Of a stretch of 64,000 nt of DNA, positions 62,846 through 64,000 are shown piece after piece; position 1 is the stretch's first letter, and every line of letters starts with the position of its first letter. The stretch comes from Phaeosaccion multiseriatum (Eukaryota; Protista; Ochrophyta, other classes), in assembly GCA_965112735.1 (NCBI GenBank), contig OZ218950.1, forward strand, positions 2,976,001 through 3,040,000. The letters are read 5' to 3'. The translations under genes and the position numbers were made by a program. A model generated the notes under the pieces. It saw only the letters and a program-made list of their open reading frames with translations. It had not been told where the DNA came from and made no database searches.

Positions 62846-64000
62846 TGCGTCGAAACAAAGAATCCGTGCGTTGATGCCCCCCCCCATGTATGTATGGAGG
62901 AGGGAGGTGGGAAGAGGAGGCATCGACATCTCGGCAACAAACCTCATCGACCCATTCACCGTCCCACAGGAGGAGGATTCTTGGAGGTGAGAGATGTAGA
63001 CACGGCTGGGTTTCCCGCGGCCCTGCTGAGGTCACTCTGTTCGAACGTGTTCGAGGAGTATTCCCCGGTCGGCCCCAGGCATGCTTTCTCTGGCCTCCAG
63101 TAAGTCAGAAGCCAGGGGGGGGCTACGGTTGCGGCCAGAGACGAGACACTGCACCTAAAGCCCACATCAGGGCCTCGACTTTTTAGCCAGAGTAGGGTAT
63201 GCGAGAGAGGAGAGCCGGGAAAGAGGGTTGGGTAGGAGGGCATGCATCCTGGGGAGCTTCATAGCATACTCGCTTGAGATGGTCGATTGTCAACCTCAGT
63301 CAGACGGAAATAGAGTAGAATTAAGAGTCCAGGAGGGTATATGAACTAAGTTTCGAGCTTGGGTCTACGTCTCATGGGCTCTCTTCCAACTGTTGTACCC
63401 TACCCTGGCCAAAGCTCGACACCCCGTGCCCCAAAGAGGAAAAGGGTACGCTCATAATGTAAGTACGAAGATCCTTGCACCAACTTCTTCAGCCGCGGGG
63501 CCGGCCTGGCCTCCGGCTCCCGCACCATATCCTCTTATCCTCATGGGATGGAAGGATGGAATGAGAATAGAAAAGAAATAAGTCAATAAATAGCCCATCG
63601 GCCGTGCCCCCAGGGCCTGAAGCCCTAAATGAAAGAAAAGCGTTGAGCAGGGACGAAGAAGAAAGACTCATTTGTGGGGGGAGATTGCCCCTGTCGTCTC
63701 CGGCAGGGGCACCCAAGTCCAGCTACGAGACAAGAATGTTCTCAAATCTTCGCAACAAGCGACAGGACCATAGACTGCCGCAAGAGGGGGAACCGCTACA
63801 GGAAAGTCCTCAGCAGGGGCCTGTGGAGCAGCCTCCTCCCAGCAGCCGCGAAACGGAGTCCAGAAACGGCGGCACCAGCAGCAGTGGGAGCGGACACTCC
63901 AGCCGCGCACCCTCTCTCCAAAAGTACTCTGCTGTCAGCGAGCGTCAGGCGAGGCTTGCGGCTGCTGCTTCCACTGGGATTGCGGTTGCTGCGTCATCAT

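Noticed and set aside
63668-64000. Possible 3' end of a minus-strand gene at the window edge
   Set aside because: All three frames interrupted; insufficient context
1-64000. CRISPR arrays, rRNA, tRNA, prokaryotic operons
   Set aside because: None seen; the sequence is eukaryotic and its repeats are microsatellites or TE-internal motifs without unique spacers

Overview
Gene-dense, intron-rich eukaryotic nuclear DNA with GT-AG introns full of microsatellites. Bipartite signal plus 'S-A-F' plastid presequences suggest a photosynthetic stramenopile (ochrophyte); this is inference. About 18 protein-coding loci can be reconstructed by manual splicing: an LDLR-B/YWTD-like propeller (partial), CCDC25/NFACT-R, an APC transporter, a PPR protein, peroxisomal enoyl-CoA hydratase 2, a pepsin-fold membrane protein, a SHAQKYF-type Myb, an atypical thioredoxin, an Sfi1-like repeat protein, an ependymin-like protein, a rhodanese-methyltransferase, a beta-hydroxyacid dehydrogenase, a 2Fe-2S ferredoxin and several hypotheticals. 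Four observations stand out. (1) A family of small TIR elements with TCRRCCCCTGA termini, three of them with 6-bp target duplications; each copy carries a different hexamer at TIR positions 15-20 that is reiterated inside that copy. (2) A 12-kb, ~20-exon gene fusing a probably secreted ROX/NO66-type JmjC oxygenase to R-x-L-punctuated Cys-rich, PKD and VWD/root-cap-like modules. (3) Two adjacent long hairpins resembling a miRNA cluster. (4) A decayed Sola2-like transposase with a SAP-like tail. Exon boundaries were read by eye and no database searches were run.
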